A stretch of 64,000 nucleotides of DNA from Glaucostegus cemiculus (lineage: Eukaryota): positions 5,642,001-5,706,000 of the forward strand of contig CDPCPM010000107.1 of NCBI GenBank assembly GCA_976551045.1, read 5' to 3'. The notes beneath the pieces were generated by a model. The model had not been told where the DNA came from and ran no database searches. It worked only from the letters and a program-made list of their open reading frames with translations. Positions within the stretch are counted from its first letter, which is position 1, and each line of letters begins with the position of its first letter. A program made the position numbers and the translations under genes. Positions 25,255 to 37,900 of the stretch are shown here, piece after piece.

Positions 25255-25830
25255 AGAAGTGTAGACTAGAGCAGGTCTATGCCCTCTGCAGAAAAGTATA
25301 GGAGAAATAACACTAATGCTAACTCCTCCAAATCTTCCAAATTCATTGGCACTAAGTGAACCAGTGTCAGTGTCGTCTCCCAGGCCAACATCCCCAACCT
25401 GGTGGATGTAATTAAACTAACCCAGCTTCTTCTAAGCAAGCTACATAATCAGCAAGTGAGACCCCTGAAATGGAAAGAGATTACAAAAAGTACTCTGAAG
25501 GTATTCTCAACACTTCCTTGGAAAAACTATAACATCCTAACCGGCTCACTTGAATCCCCAGCCCCTGAATTCTCAAAATGGAACGGGAACACTCAAAATG
25601 GCACTGAGAACCTTGAGTTTACTTGTTGGGAGAATGCAGAAACCCAGCAAAAATGGTGGAAAGTGCACGGAACTTTCCCAGCTACCCACCCCATAGCCCT
25701 ACTGAGCAACCTCTGCCACACCTCTGGAAGAATTTGTAGTTCCTACACTGGCCTAATCAGTCATCTCAGAACCCACAAAACCAGAAAGGAAGTAAACCAC
25801 TCTCAACTCTAAAGGACTGCCAAAGAAAAG
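25255..25830 (+). mobile_element. RTE-clade LINE 3' remnant
   Basis: LQIFQIHW..TSVSVVSQANIP; GRICSSYTGLISHLRTHK (degenerate C2H2 end); tail GGACTGCCAAAGAA. Confidence 0.8.
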
Positions 25831-25859
25831 TGCATCTGTTTCAAACTACTGCTCAAGAG

Positions 25860-26075
25860 CATGCTACCTCTCAAAGATTAAGCAGTACTGTTTGAAGAAG
25901 CATATACATTTCTTCCAGTATCCTGGTCAAAAATTCTCCCTCAATGACTCAGCCAAAAAGAGATTTGGAATCATTACAAATGTTGTTGTTTTCAGCTCTG
26001 ACAATGACTGCACTTTACTCTTTCTCACTGCTATGAGATATTCTTAAGGGACATGAAAAGGCACAACATAAATCT
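25860..26075 (+). mobile_element. Deu-domain SINE fragment
   Basis: GTACTGTTTGAAGAAGCA..CCAGTATCCTGGTCAAAAATTCTCCCTCAA resembles the Deu core. Confidence 0.55.
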
Positions 26076-26401
26076 TCACAATAGATTGCCTGTCCTTTAA
26101 ACTGACCAGATAACAGTTAAAAATTCACTTAAACTGTTGTTTGTTGAGCATCAATGATGTTTCACAAGCAAATCAAATTTATAATATTTTCAGTTTTACA
26201 ACTTGGCAACAAAATCTTTTCACTGTATTTCAGTACATGTGACAATAATAAACCAATTACATGGACCACAAATAAGTGGCTAATGTTAAGTGTTCTGCCA
26301 TGTTTATCTGAACCTTCTGATCCTGTTTCTTTCACACCATCTTCCCTGCTCCATGGTTCCTCTTTAAAAACCCCAAAAGTAGGCCTCATGACTAGCCTTT
26401 A

Positions 26402-26443
26402 CTCATTTTTTGTCAGTATGCTCTCATTTTTTGTCAGTATGCT
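26402..26443 (+). repeat. Tandem duplication of a 21-bp unit
   Basis: CTCATTTTTTGTCAGTATGCT twice. Confidence 0.9.
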
Positions 26444-26799
26444 GGTCTCATAATATTCAGCAGGATGGAAGTTTAAAGTTGGCTATTAAATATTAATGTT
26501 AGTCAGTGAAAGCCATTTTGAATTGGATAACATCCTGCTTTCATCGTATAATATATAACAGCACAGTAATTATTTTTAGTTGATTTTGAGGTCAACTAGT
26601 CTGTCAAAGTGATACTTAACATTAGGTAGGAAAAAATATTGCCAAATCATGTCACTTCAAAAACAAAAGTAAGTACTCAACATTTAATTTAATAAGCTGG
26701 AACATGTAATTTGGAAAGGAATGAGTTCTTTTGATGGGTTTGCAACAGTTGCATTTACACTAAAGCTGTCCACAACTGAATGACTTTGATCCATAGAAT

Positions 26800-27070
26800 C
26801 CCTTTCTTGTAGTAAAAGTGGCTTCATAGAAGCATCATCATAGATTTAATGCCAAGTCATATGAAGGAGCATCAAAGTAGGTGGGCAAACACTTGGTCAA
26901 AATGGTTGATTTTAAGACGCGTCCTAATGAAGAGAGAAGTCAGAGGCAAAGAATAAGGGAAGTAACTCCAGAGGTTGGGACCTTAACAAGTGAGAGCACA
27001 GCCACAATTGTGGAACGATTAAATCCAAGGAAAACCAAGAGGTCAGACTCAGAGGAGTACAGATACCCCA
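26800..27070 (-). mobile_element. L2-type LINE 3' fragment
   Basis: GGTCAAAATGGTTGATTTTAAGACGCGTCCTAA..CTCCAGAGGTTGGGACC, similar to 11360-11440. Confidence 0.55.
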
Positions 27071-27715
27071 AAGCCCTGCAGTCTAGTATATCCCATATCT
27101 TGTTGCTCACTGACCTTTGGCTGAGATGTCATATGTCCCTCTATCAACATTCAGAATGCTTCTCTCCCAGTTAAAGTCACACCTCTGTTGACCTTAATCT
27201 CCATAGGTTAAGGCATGTGATTGTCCCATTACTAAGATATAGCAATTGCACCATTATCTCTTCTGCCATCCTCATCCAGGGCATATACAATCTGTGGGAA
27301 GGATATAGATGAATGTGCTGCCATCTTAGCACCTTGTTCTTTGTGGATCAAACTTTTGGAATTCCTTCCACTCTCTCTCCTGCTTTGCTCCCTCCAGCAT
27401 TTTCTTTGAATGGATATTTGTCCAACTGAGTCACAGATCCATGAATTCCAAGCTGGTTAAGTGAGCAGTGCAGTGGTCAGCCAATGCATGTGTGCCTGAT
27501 AGCTTGAGTACAATTAAACACAACCACCTACAAGTAGCAAAACCAGACCAAGAGCAAGCAGAGGCAACTCACTTTTCAGACATGCCAAGTGTCATGGATG
27601 GAGACTGCCTCAGCCTACGAGTCCCCTGAATGGACTTATGTGATCTTGCAATATAGATATATCGTTTATATATATCGTTTATGACACAACTGATTTAAGC
27701 AATTGTTTTGGAAGT

Positions 27716-27946
27716 ATTTATTGGTATTAGTTTATTATTGTCACTTGTACCAAGGTACAGTGAAAGACTTGTCTTGCATACTGATTGTACAGATCAATTC
27801 ATTACACAGTGCAGTTACATTGAGTTAGTATAGAGTGCATTGAGGTAGTACAGGTAAAAACAATAACAGTACAGAGTGTCACAGCTAAAGAGAAAGTGAA
27901 GTGCAACAAGGTAGATCATGAGGTCAGAGTCCATCTCATTGTATAA
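27716..27946 (-). mobile_element. Rex1/Babar 3' UTR (same subfamily as 4422-5828)
   Basis: Close reverse-complement match to 5578-5826. Confidence 0.88.
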
Positions 27947-27979
27947 GCTCTTAGAACCTAAGAGTTTAATAACAAATTG

Positions 27980-29030
27980 AAACAAGAGTAGGATTTCTGA
28001 CCCCTTGAGCCTGTTCTGCCATTCATCAAAATAAAGGCTGAGCTACCTAGCTGCCATTTTCCAGCACTGTCTCTGTATCCATCAAATCCTTTACAGGTCC
28101 TGTCTAGGTAATGAACGCCTGACTTACGGACAATCCATACATATTAATGACTGTTTGAAAGACTCATGGGATGGATTTGCTGGCTGCTGTTTGGCTGCAG
28201 GTATCTTCTGCCACCTGGGAACTCAGCTGGCAGCCGCATTTCTGTCTAGCAAACCATGTGGGTCGCGAGCGATTCACAGGAACAGAACCCTGCCATAACC
28301 TAGGGTGGACCTGTAATGTCTATGAATCTCAGTTTTGTATTAATAAGCCTCCACACCCTTACAGGGTAGAGAATTTCAAAGACTCATCACCTTTTGAGTT
28401 AAGAAATTTCTTCTCGTCTTGAAACAGTCTACTCCATATTCTAAAACTGTATACCCTGGCCTTAGACCCCTCATCGAGGGGAAACATCTTGCCTGAATTT
28501 AGCCTATTAAACCCTGTAAACCTTTTGTATGCTTCATTGACATCTCTTCTCACTCATCTAAATTCCAGAGAATGCCGTCCCAATCTAATCAATCTCTCCT
28601 AATACAGCAGCATGCCATCCCTGGAACTGGCCTTGGGAACCTTTATTTCACACCCTCTATGATAAGTACATCCTACTTTAGATAAGGAGACCAAAAATGT
28701 AATATATACTTCAAGACTCAAAACTCTTGTAATAAAGGCGAACCTATTATTTCCTTTCCTAATTGAAGATGTACCTGCATGTTGGCTTTAGGTGTGAGCA
28801 TGCCTGGGTCTCTTTGTACAACAATACTACCCAGTCTCTCACCGGTTAATAAGTATTGTTTCCATTATGTGCATCCAACATTTTTTCACATTATATTCCA
28901 ACTGTCCTTGTCCACTCACTTAGCTTATCCATATCCCCTTGAAGCCTCTTTGCATTCTCCTTTGTATTCACAATCCCACCAATATTAATGTCATCAGCAT
29001 ACTGGGAAATGTGATTATTTGGCCTCCTCA
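27980..29030 (-). mobile_element. Old CR1 3' portion interrupted by a MITE
   Basis: MRRDVNEAYKRFTGFNRL..MFPL..S.AR.YSFRI, plus CR1 tail. Confidence 0.75.
28092..28315. mobile_element. Tc1/mariner (Tigger/pogo-like) MITE with TA target duplication
   Basis: TA-CAGGTCCTGTCTAGGTAATG ... CATAACCTAGGGTGGACCTG-TA: imperfect TIRs of about 20 bp. Confidence 0.85.
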
Positions 29031-29114
29031 GATCCATAAAGGCATTAAAGAAAACTTATTGGCACCATATTAACAGTGTTCAAAAGCCCCAGCTAAAGCT
29101 GAAAGGAAATAAAC

Positions 29115-29500
29115 AGTGTTTATATCGTCTTTCTGACCTCAGAACAATCCAGAGCACTTTGCAGCCAATTATGTTCCTTTGAAACATGATCACTCTAACT
29201 GTGCCTGCAGCCAGCTCCCACACAGAGCAATGTGATCTGTGTTAGTGGCCAGGACACCAGGGAGAATTATCCAGCTCTTCACTGAATCTGTAAAATGGAA
29301 TCTTTAAATCTCCACTTGAATTAAGGAGGCTGGAGCTTAGTTCATAGTTTCATTCAAAAGGCAGCTCTTCCACTGGTGTCACACCCTCTCAGTAACACAT
29401 TTGAGTGCCAGCCTAAGTTTTGTACTCGAGACATAAATTGATTTGAATGTAGAGATGTTTAAATTCAGATGTATCAATCCTACCAATGAACCGAGGATCT
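29115..29500 (-). mobile_element. Deu-domain SINE
   Basis: TGGCCAGGACACCAGGGAGAA..GCTCTTC; CCCTCTCAGTAACACATTTGAGTGCCAGCCTA. Confidence 0.65.
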
Positions 29501-29534
29501 TAATTTTATTTACTTCCATTCGCACATTAATTAA

Positions 29535-29675
29535 AATACATTTGGACAGGTACATGGATAGGAAGGGTTGAAATGGACATTGGGCAATTGGGACTAGTTT
29601 ACATGGGTATTTTGGTCAGCATGGATGTGCTGGGCCTAAGGACCTATTTCCATGTTATAAGACCATATAACTCTA
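29535..29675 (+). mobile_element. CR1 3' tail
   Basis: TTGGACAGGTACATGGATAGGAAGGGTT..GGGCCTAAGGACCTATTTCC. Confidence 0.75.
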
Positions 29676-30954
29676 TAATTATTGAATGGTAAAAGTGTCA
29701 AACATCAATGTATAAACAGAGAGTTTATATATTGCCCAACATTAGTACACTGCACGCAAAACAGAGGTTGGAACTCAGGCATCATGATAATGATTGGAGA
29801 ATTACATACTCCAAAATTGGGCCACTAATGAATGTTTGGATAGTGTAATCATGGGGTTAATTTAGGACTAAGGGCTTTGGAAATAGGGTGGAGTTTTGTG
29901 GTGTTTCCTAGAGCTATGATCAAATTTTAAGGGTAGGAACTGTGATCCTAGGGGAGACATCAAGACCATGGAAATGGGTAAAATAGGAGGATAGAATGGA
30001 ATTGGAGGTCTCAGGGGAAGCAGTTAGAGAAGGGAATGGGATGCAGGGAACTTGGGATCAGTAGTTCAGGAGCCTAGACTTCAGGATCCAGAGCCACAAT
30101 GACTGCAAATGGCAACAACATGTTTAGAAATAGGGCGTTTGACCAATATTGCAGCAGGAACCAGAAACTGATCATGTGCACCTTATTTGCATGAGGTCAA
30201 GCTGGGGTGGAGAGTTTTTGTATTTGCAATCATGGCCTGCTTCAAGCATTAAGGACAGCTGTCGTTTGTCCTCACCCACTTTGGCTGGTAGTACTCCTCA
30301 GATGGGAAGAACATGTCTTCCCTGGCCATCATTTGGCCCAGATAAAACCCAATGGGTCTTTTCCCCTCAGCATTTTATTGAATAATCACATTACAAATAT
30401 GGTTAAGGCTCTTTATTACATTCCAACAAGCTTTCATTTGATTAATATCATTGCTTCAGCCCAACCTTCAAGATGTTTCCTCTCAGCTTTCTACAAAAGA
30501 ACTATAAACAAGAGAACCATGGACATTTCCTCTAAATTATGTCCCCATAGGGTTTTAGTTAAACAGAACTTACAAGATTGTTTTCTGCTGCAAAGTAGTA
30601 AATTAGTATGACGTCTACACATTTCTAGTAGGCATAGTGATAAGAAAGTCGAAAAGGTTGCAGCTTGAGTTTCGTAATGTTATAAAATAGGGAAAACAGG
30701 AACATAGGAAGGGTGGCAAATCCTGGGGGCATGTAAACACTTGCACCTCTTGTCCATGTTCCCCTTCTTGTATCTATATCATTGACCCATGGCCAAGGGT
30801 GTGCATAATCCTACTGTATCACTAATGTAGTCATGTGAACAATAAATGTAACAAAAACACTTTACACAACAACAGTGTAAAAATTCCAAAATACATAATT
30901 GCAAGTTATGATGATATGATTGGAATTTGGTGTGGAGGAAATATGGGGAAAGAT

Positions 30955-31230
30955 AGAACACAGAACAGCACAGCACAGGAACAGACCCTTCAGCCCATGA
31001 TGTTGTGCTGAACTAATTAAACTAGAAACTAAACCCCTAACTAAACTAATCCATTCTGCCTATACAATGTCCATATCCCTCCATTCTGTGCACATGAATG
31101 TGCCTATTTAAGACCCTCTTAAATGCTTTATTATATTTACCTCCACTACCACTCCAGCACATTCCAAGCACCCACCACTGTGTAAAAAGCTGGGCCCCCC
31201 CACACCTCATTTGAACTTAACCCCTCTCAA
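30955..31230 (-). mobile_element. CR1 3' tail
   Basis: TAGAACACAGAACAGCACAGCACAGGAACAGACCCTTCAGCCCATGATGTTGTG. Confidence 0.8.
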
Positions 31231-32799
31231 AAAATTTGTCAATGCACATTGGACAATAAATTCTGATGTTAACAATCTTTCTCATGCCGTTGCCAAAAGT
31301 TCTAAAACAAAAGCTCACAACATTCATTAGCCTCAGTCCTAAAACAGAGTTAGCAGAAGTACTCATGTGCTATTCATCTGCTTCTGGAGCAGAAGGCGTT
31401 AAGGGGGCAAACTTGCTGCATTGGTAGCTCAGTTCACAGCTGACTTCAAGAAGTAGCCCTTAAAGTGTCAAACCACAACATAACCAGCACTATTTCAACT
31501 ACTGAGCAGCATTAGGAAGGAATGAGTGCCTCCGGTGATGGGAAGGAGTGGCAAGGTCTCCCCAGGAGGATAAGGGAACCTTGCATAGTCTTCTGATATA
31601 CAGTGTGCAGGAGGAAGCCTCCTTGCATAAAGGGCACAAGTTGCAGAGGAGGCATCCAAAAGGGCTTGAGTGCACGTTGAGTGCCTGTGATTTTAGGAAC
31701 TCAGCAAAGCAATTCAATGTACCTTCCAGGGGCGGATGCAAAAGTCACATTTATCAAAAATACCAGGTTCCTTATATATAAAAACAGAAGGTTCCTTATT
31801 ATAGGATATATTTTTGACTTCTGCAGTGCAGCAGTGGCAGCATTGGGAGCACCTTGGGAGCAGTGTAGGTGCCTTGTGTGAGCTTGTGCTGGAGATTAAG
31901 GTCACACGTGTGAGTGACGCCGATCTTTGGAAGGGCATTTTGTGCAGGTATAACGAGGTGGCTCACTGTGTGGCCCAGGCGAAGGCCTTGGGTGTCATCT
32001 CTTCTTCCAGATATCTTTCCCCAGTTTCATACTTCTTTCTGATCTGATGAACATGGAAACTCTTCTCCTTTTGCAGAATTTCTTGTGGAATTCTTGGCCA
32101 CTAAAGCTCAAGGGGTAGGTGCTGAAACCACCTGCGAGCATGGTGATTGACATCCTAGGTTGATCAGTTTTAACTGAGTTTTGTTTTCCAGAGAGGTATC
32201 CTGGACTCAGCCCATGAATGGATCAGAAATCTGTCCAATTCCTCAAACACTACTAGCTTTAGTAAACATTGCTTCTTCTGGGAGATTACAGTATTAGTCA
32301 CTCTTTAAATAAATGTGATTCCAAATCTTGTTGGAGATGAACTTAGTGCATTGCACAGCCATTTACATCATTTATAAGAAATGGATGCTGAAAAAACAAG
32401 AAAATTTCACACTAACAAGACCACATGATATTAACAACAGTGTTAATTCTCCCAGAACCAAGCACAAAATTGAAGTAATTTTTGCCTGTGCAGTGCCCCT
32501 TTCCAGCTTTACACAAAAGAATCATTGGGGATCTGTTTTCTTAGCGTTATGTCCACTACAACCTTAATGACCAGTTGATCATTTAATACAGGAGACTGCA
32601 TTCTGAGAATTGCACTGAATTTCTGATTTATGTTATGTGATCAGGTGCAAGAACATGCTTGAATATACAACAGCTAACTTATAGATTGAAGGGTTATTGA
32701 CCGAGCCGGGTTCTTAATTTGCGTGGAGGTTGCTTTCTTTTCTGACTAGATCGGGACGAGAAAAGTTGTGATTAGGAAGCTAAATAAGACCACTACAAA

Positions 32800-33660
32800 T
32801 TGTGAAGATAGAAGAGAATAGAGGAAGATTTCTAAGTTTAGAGAGAAACTAGTGATGTTCTCCTTGGACTGGAGACTAAGAGGAGATATGATGGAGGTGT
32901 GAGAAATAATAATAAGACTAAAGAGAAATTGCATCCAGTGGTTGAAGGATCAATAGCTGGAGGGTACAGAATTAAGGTGATAACCAAAGGAAACAGACAA
33001 CTGTGGCAACGAATGATATTTGGACTGCACTGCCTTATAGAGAGGTGGATATAGGATATTAATGGAAGTCTTCAATGAGGAACAGGAAATATAGGAGTGA
33101 AAAAGAAAGGTGGGATATGGAATGCCTTTATTGTGGGCCCTCCTGTCCTATTCTCCACAGTTCAATATCACTGCCACTGATTCATTTACTAGGACATGGC
33201 ACATAAAGATAAAGCATATGCTTATTGTGGCTGTCAGTTTTCATCTGAATTATAAACACAATTCAAAAACATTACAAGAGATAATGATATAACATGGTCT
33301 TTTAAGGTAGTGACAATTCACCAACTTTAAGATATTCCAGCACATCAAAAAGCTACAAATGTAATGCAGGCATTCAAGAAAGGAGAGAGTGAGAACCTAT
33401 AGGTCAGTTTTTCCTGACAATCATCATTGGCGAAACAGTGGACTGGGGAACTAGTAGTAGGAGATTTAGAAAATCATAATACAATGAAGTAGAAGAAATT
33501 TAGTTTTATGAATGGCAATTCGAGTTGGACAAATTTATTTGTTTTTTTTTGAGGTGGCAATGAGCAGGCTAGTTAAAGAGGAAACTAGTGGATTTAGACT
33601 TCCAAAAGTTTTTTTTAAAGGTATCACATAAAAGGTTACTCTACAAAGAAAGAACACATT
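32800..33660 (+). mobile_element. Old CR1 fragments
   Basis: RLRGDMMEV; NL*VSF.LTIIIGET; LTNLFVFFEV; LDF.K. Confidence 0.55.
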
Positions 33661-33699
33661 GCAGTGAAGGTTGTGTATTAACACATCATCTAAAGGAAA

Positions 33700-34035
33700 T
33701 ACGGAAGAAAGTCCTATGGGTTTAGGGACTGACATTAATCCCATGGGTTCGGGGCAGCGCAAGAGGTGGAAGCTCTGAGAGTTTATTGTCATGCGATGAT
33801 GGCGGCTAATTGGGATACTCCCACAGGATGAATCTACCTCAACTAGCTGGTAAACTGCACGTCAGGAATCCCTAATCCACTCAAAAAGCTTCAGGAGACC
33901 CGAGCCATGGCCAACCCAAGTATGTTAGATTTGTGAAGCAGATCTCAGTAGCCCTCTGTTCCCCAATTTCTACTCCTCGGAAATGGAGTAGAAGCAAGTC
34001 ATCTCTGACTCCAAGAGACTGCCTAATAAAAAAAG
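33700..34035 (+). mobile_element. Short non-autonomous element with an RTE-type 3' tail
   Basis: Ends GAAGCAAGTCATCTCTGACTCCAAGAGACTGCCTAATAAAAAAA, homologous to the RTE tail at about 25790-25826; 5' boundary uncertain. Confidence 0.55.
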
Positions 34036-35555
34036 TGGCAACCCACCAATCTTAAATAGCATCTGTGCTTAGCAGTTATCAGTCATACACCACACAGGGA
34101 AAGAACCAGGGAATGTGACTGCTTTTTGAAAGAGCCAAAGCACACTCAATCTACTCAATATCAATGACTCCAAATTCAGGGACATTTTCAACCTTTTTCA
34201 TTATACATTAACACATTGGAGACAAAAAATAAACTGAACATTGCTTACTGAAAATGGCACACATTGTCTTATCTAACTTCTTCAGACACTTAATTTAAAT
34301 CTAACGAAATAGCTAGGTACCTCCAAACTGATATTCTTGAGAAATTTGCCTTGGAGTCCATTTAACCAGGTCCCTATCAAAATGTAGTTAAATTTAACTG
34401 CCTGCATAGCACAGCACATTTTCTTCAAAGGCATCAAGGCCTGTGGCAAATTAAGATTGAATTTTCAGTCACTTTCATGCAGAATCAAGGTTCTCAGCTG
34501 TATTGAACCATTGTAGCCAAGATGAAAGATCAGGTGGAAAATTACAAGTAGCATTCAGTGGGACACAATCAATCAAGAGCAAGGAGCTATACAGATGAAA
34601 ATCTACAGTATCCATGTTCTGAAAGTCATCTCAGTTGTATTCCATTGTTAAAAAAAAATTGCTGTTATATAAGGCAAATCATCTTTTTTATATGGAATGG
34701 ACATAAATCATAATGAAACCTTTTATGGAGGATTGCAGTAAATTAATCTGAATGTCAAATCAATTCAAATGTGGGCATTAGTATTCAAATTGAAAGCTTC
34801 AAAATTATTTCTTGAGTTATTTTAATCTACCTTTTATACTATTTTCATTTTCCTCGAATTTTCTGTTTAGTCGGTGAGACTTCATCTGCAGAATTAATCG
34901 ATGCAGACTGTCATTAAACTGATTTTTCACTAAGGTGGTGAAATTCAAGCAGCCCGAAGTGACTGAATATCTGGTCAATTTTCATCTGCTGGAATGAATA
35001 AACTGCTTAAAAAAAGAACAGCAGAGATGACAAAAGTGGAATTATCTTATCACTCAAGCCTCATGAAATTGGCTCCCATTTTAACTTCGGGGGTAGCAGT
35101 GGCTGAAGAGCTGTAAACTGAAGGGGATAGCAACTTCTGGCTACCTATTTTAGTTAATCTATTTCTCTCACTAACTCCACTTCCCACAAGATTAGTAATA
35201 ATATGGCAAATATCATAGGATAATGTGGTGGTTACATTACAAGCCTAATCCAGAGGCCTATACCAATTGTTTGGTGACAGAAGTTCAGTTCCCGCATGGC
35301 AGGCAGTAAGTTTAAACTCAATTAAATAAATCTGCAATTGTAAAACAAAACTGTTGTTGGGGTGAAACTACCAGATTGTCATAAATGCCTCTCCAGTTTA
35401 CTAAGGACCTTACAGATGGCAAACTGTTTATGGCTGATAATTGTCCTCTGAATTGGCCAAACAACTGTTCTATACTGAGTGAAACTGGGCTTCTGTTTTA
35501 AAAATGCATTACTTTTTGTTTTGCAAGTCATGCATTTAGTTTTTTAGGCATACTT

Positions 35556-35910
35556 CATAGAACCACACAGTGCTTGCAGCCTGGAAGAACGCCATTCAGC
35601 TCCTTGGGTCTGAATGATCCAGCTGGTCCCACTGCCCTGCTCTCTCCCCATATCCCTACAAATTCTCTTTTCAGATGCTTTCTGATCACTGCAATTGAAC
35701 CTGCCTCCACTACTTCCCCTGGCAATATATTCCAGGCCTTAACAATTCACTATTTAAAAATGTTTTTCCTCATTTTACTTTTTGTTCTCTTGTCAAACAC
35801 CTTCATTCTATGTCCCCTGGTACTTGGCCTTGTCATCAATGGGAACAGCTTCTATCTATCTTCTCCGTTTATCCTCTTCAAGATTGTAAATAGACCTATT
35901 AGATATCCAC
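35556..35910 (-). mobile_element. CR1 3' end
   Basis: IEPASTTSPGNIFQALT antisense signature; CATAGAACCACACAG tail. Confidence 0.75.
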
Positions 35911-35912
35911 TG

Positions 35913-36315
35913 AGAATCAGAATTAGATTTATTATCACTCAATTATATGACATGAAATCTGTTGTTCTGAGGCAGTACTACTGCAGGGCAAAGACATACA
36001 AATTACTATAAATTACAATAGTAAATAAGTAATGCAGAAAAGAAAAGGAATAACCAGGTAGTGTTCATGGGTTTATGGACTGTTCAGAAATCTTATGGTA
36101 GAAGGGAAGAAGCTGTTTCTGCATCATTAAGCGTGTGCCTTCAGGCTCCTGTACCTTCTCCCTGTTGGTAGTGACAAGAAGAGGGCATGCCGCAGATGGT
36201 GAGGGATCATCTTAATGATCCTTAATCTCCTTAATGACGGATGCGACCTTATTGAGGCACCACCTCTTGAAGATGTCCCTGATGGTGGCGAGGGTGTGCC
36301 TGTGATGGCAGTGGG
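35913..36315 (-). mobile_element. Rex1/Babar 3' end
   Basis: PHHLRHALFLSLPTGRRYRSLKAH; AGAATCAGAATTAG tail; similar to 6314-6650. Confidence 0.85.
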
Positions 36316-36348
36316 GCTGCAGGACAATACTGCTCCGGTTATTCAATC

Positions 36349-37249
36349 CAATACACAAAAGTGCTGGGAGATCTCAGCAGGTCAGGCAGCATCCATGGAG
36401 GGAAATAAACAGTTGTCTTCTCGGGCCGAGACCCTTCATCAGGACTGGAAAGGAAGAGGGCAGAAGTCAGAATAAGAAGGTGTTGGGAGGGGGGGGGTGG
36501 GAGGGGGAGGAGCACATGCAGGCAGGGAATGAGTGAGTCTAGGTGAGAGGGGGGAAGGTAGGGGGTGGGGGAGGGGGAGAAAATGTAATAAACTGAGAGG
36601 TGATAGGTAGAAGCAAAGGGCTGCAAAAGGAGGAATCAGTAGGAGAGGGCTGTGGCCCATGGAATAAAGGATGGAGATGAGCAGGTCATCAAGGCAGGGG
36701 AAGGGAGCCACAGGAATAAGGGGAAGACAAAGGGTTGGGGGGGTGGAGGGATTACTGGAAGTTAGATAAATTCACATTGAGGCCATCAGGTTGGAGAATC
36801 CCAAGGTAGAATATGAGGGGTTGTTCCTCCAACATGCATCTGGCCTCAACATAGCAGTAGAGGAGGCCATGGATAGAAATGTCAGTATGGGAGTGGATGT
36901 GGAATTGAAGTGGGTGGCCTCCGGGATGTCCTGGCTGTTGCAGCAGATGGAGAGAAGCTGCTCAACGAAGCTTATTACATCTTCTCCCCCTCCCCTACCC
37001 ACTACCTTCGTCCTCTCAGCTGGACTCACCTATCACCTGAACTCACCTGTCCCCTGCCTACGTGTGTTCCTCCCCTTCCCCCCACCTTATTCTGGCTTCT
37101 GCCCTCTTCCTTATAAGTCCTGATGAGGGGTCTCGGCCCAAAACATTGACTGTTCATTTCCCTCCATGGATGCTGCCTGACCTGTTGAGTTCCTCCAGCA
37201 CTTTTTGTGTATTGCTCCAGATTCCAGCACCTGCAGAATTTGTTGTCTC
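36349..37249 (-). mobile_element. Penelope-like element: GIY-YIG C-terminal remnant flanked by inverted pseudo-LTR arms
   Basis: Arms at about 36349-36610 and 36977-37214 are reverse complements. Internal minus-strand PEATHFNS..DISIHGLLYC..EARCMLEEQPLIFYLGILQPDGLN matches the PLE endonuclease end. Confidence 0.88.
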
Positions 37250-37496
37250 AATCATTGAATAGCTCTCCTCTCTAATTGGACGTCTTAAATTGAAAGAGGA
37301 CAGAGCTTCTCACATAGGGTGCACAGAAGCCATGAGGATGAGCTATTTATTTTAAACAGATCTGGTAACAGCCTAGCAGACTACTCAGTTCAAGGGCAAT
37401 TAGAGATGTGCAATAAACACTGATCTCATCAGCAATGTTCACTTCCCATAAGTACATTTGCGATCAATTCAGTGCAACACAGATAGTGACACTTAC

Positions 37497-37900
37497 ACTG
37501 GCACTCTAAAAGATTCATCAAACATGACTCCCAACGCATAAAGCCATGCTGATTCCTCCTAATCTGACTCTGTCTATCCGAATGCTGGCAGATCCCATCC
37601 CTCAGAATTCCCTCCAGTAACTTCCCCACTACTGATGTCAGGTTGACTGGCCTGTAGTTCCCTGGCTTGTCCTTGCTACCCTTCTTAAACAATGGAACAA
37701 CATTAGCCTCCTTCGAGTCTTCAAGAATTTCACCAGTGATTAACGATGAAGCAAACAAAGGGCTCCACAGTTTCTTCTCACAAACTTTGAGGATACATTC
37801 AGCCAGGCCCTGATGATTTAACCACTTTAATGTGCTGCAAGTACCTCCTCCCTGGTAAAATGAATGTCCTTCAAAACATCTTCACTTGTTTCCTTTGTGT
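37497..37900 (-). mobile_element. CR1 RT fragment
   Basis: ANVVPLFKKGSKDKPGNYRPVNLTSVVGKLLEGILRD..QHGF..SCL.NLLE. Confidence 0.9.
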
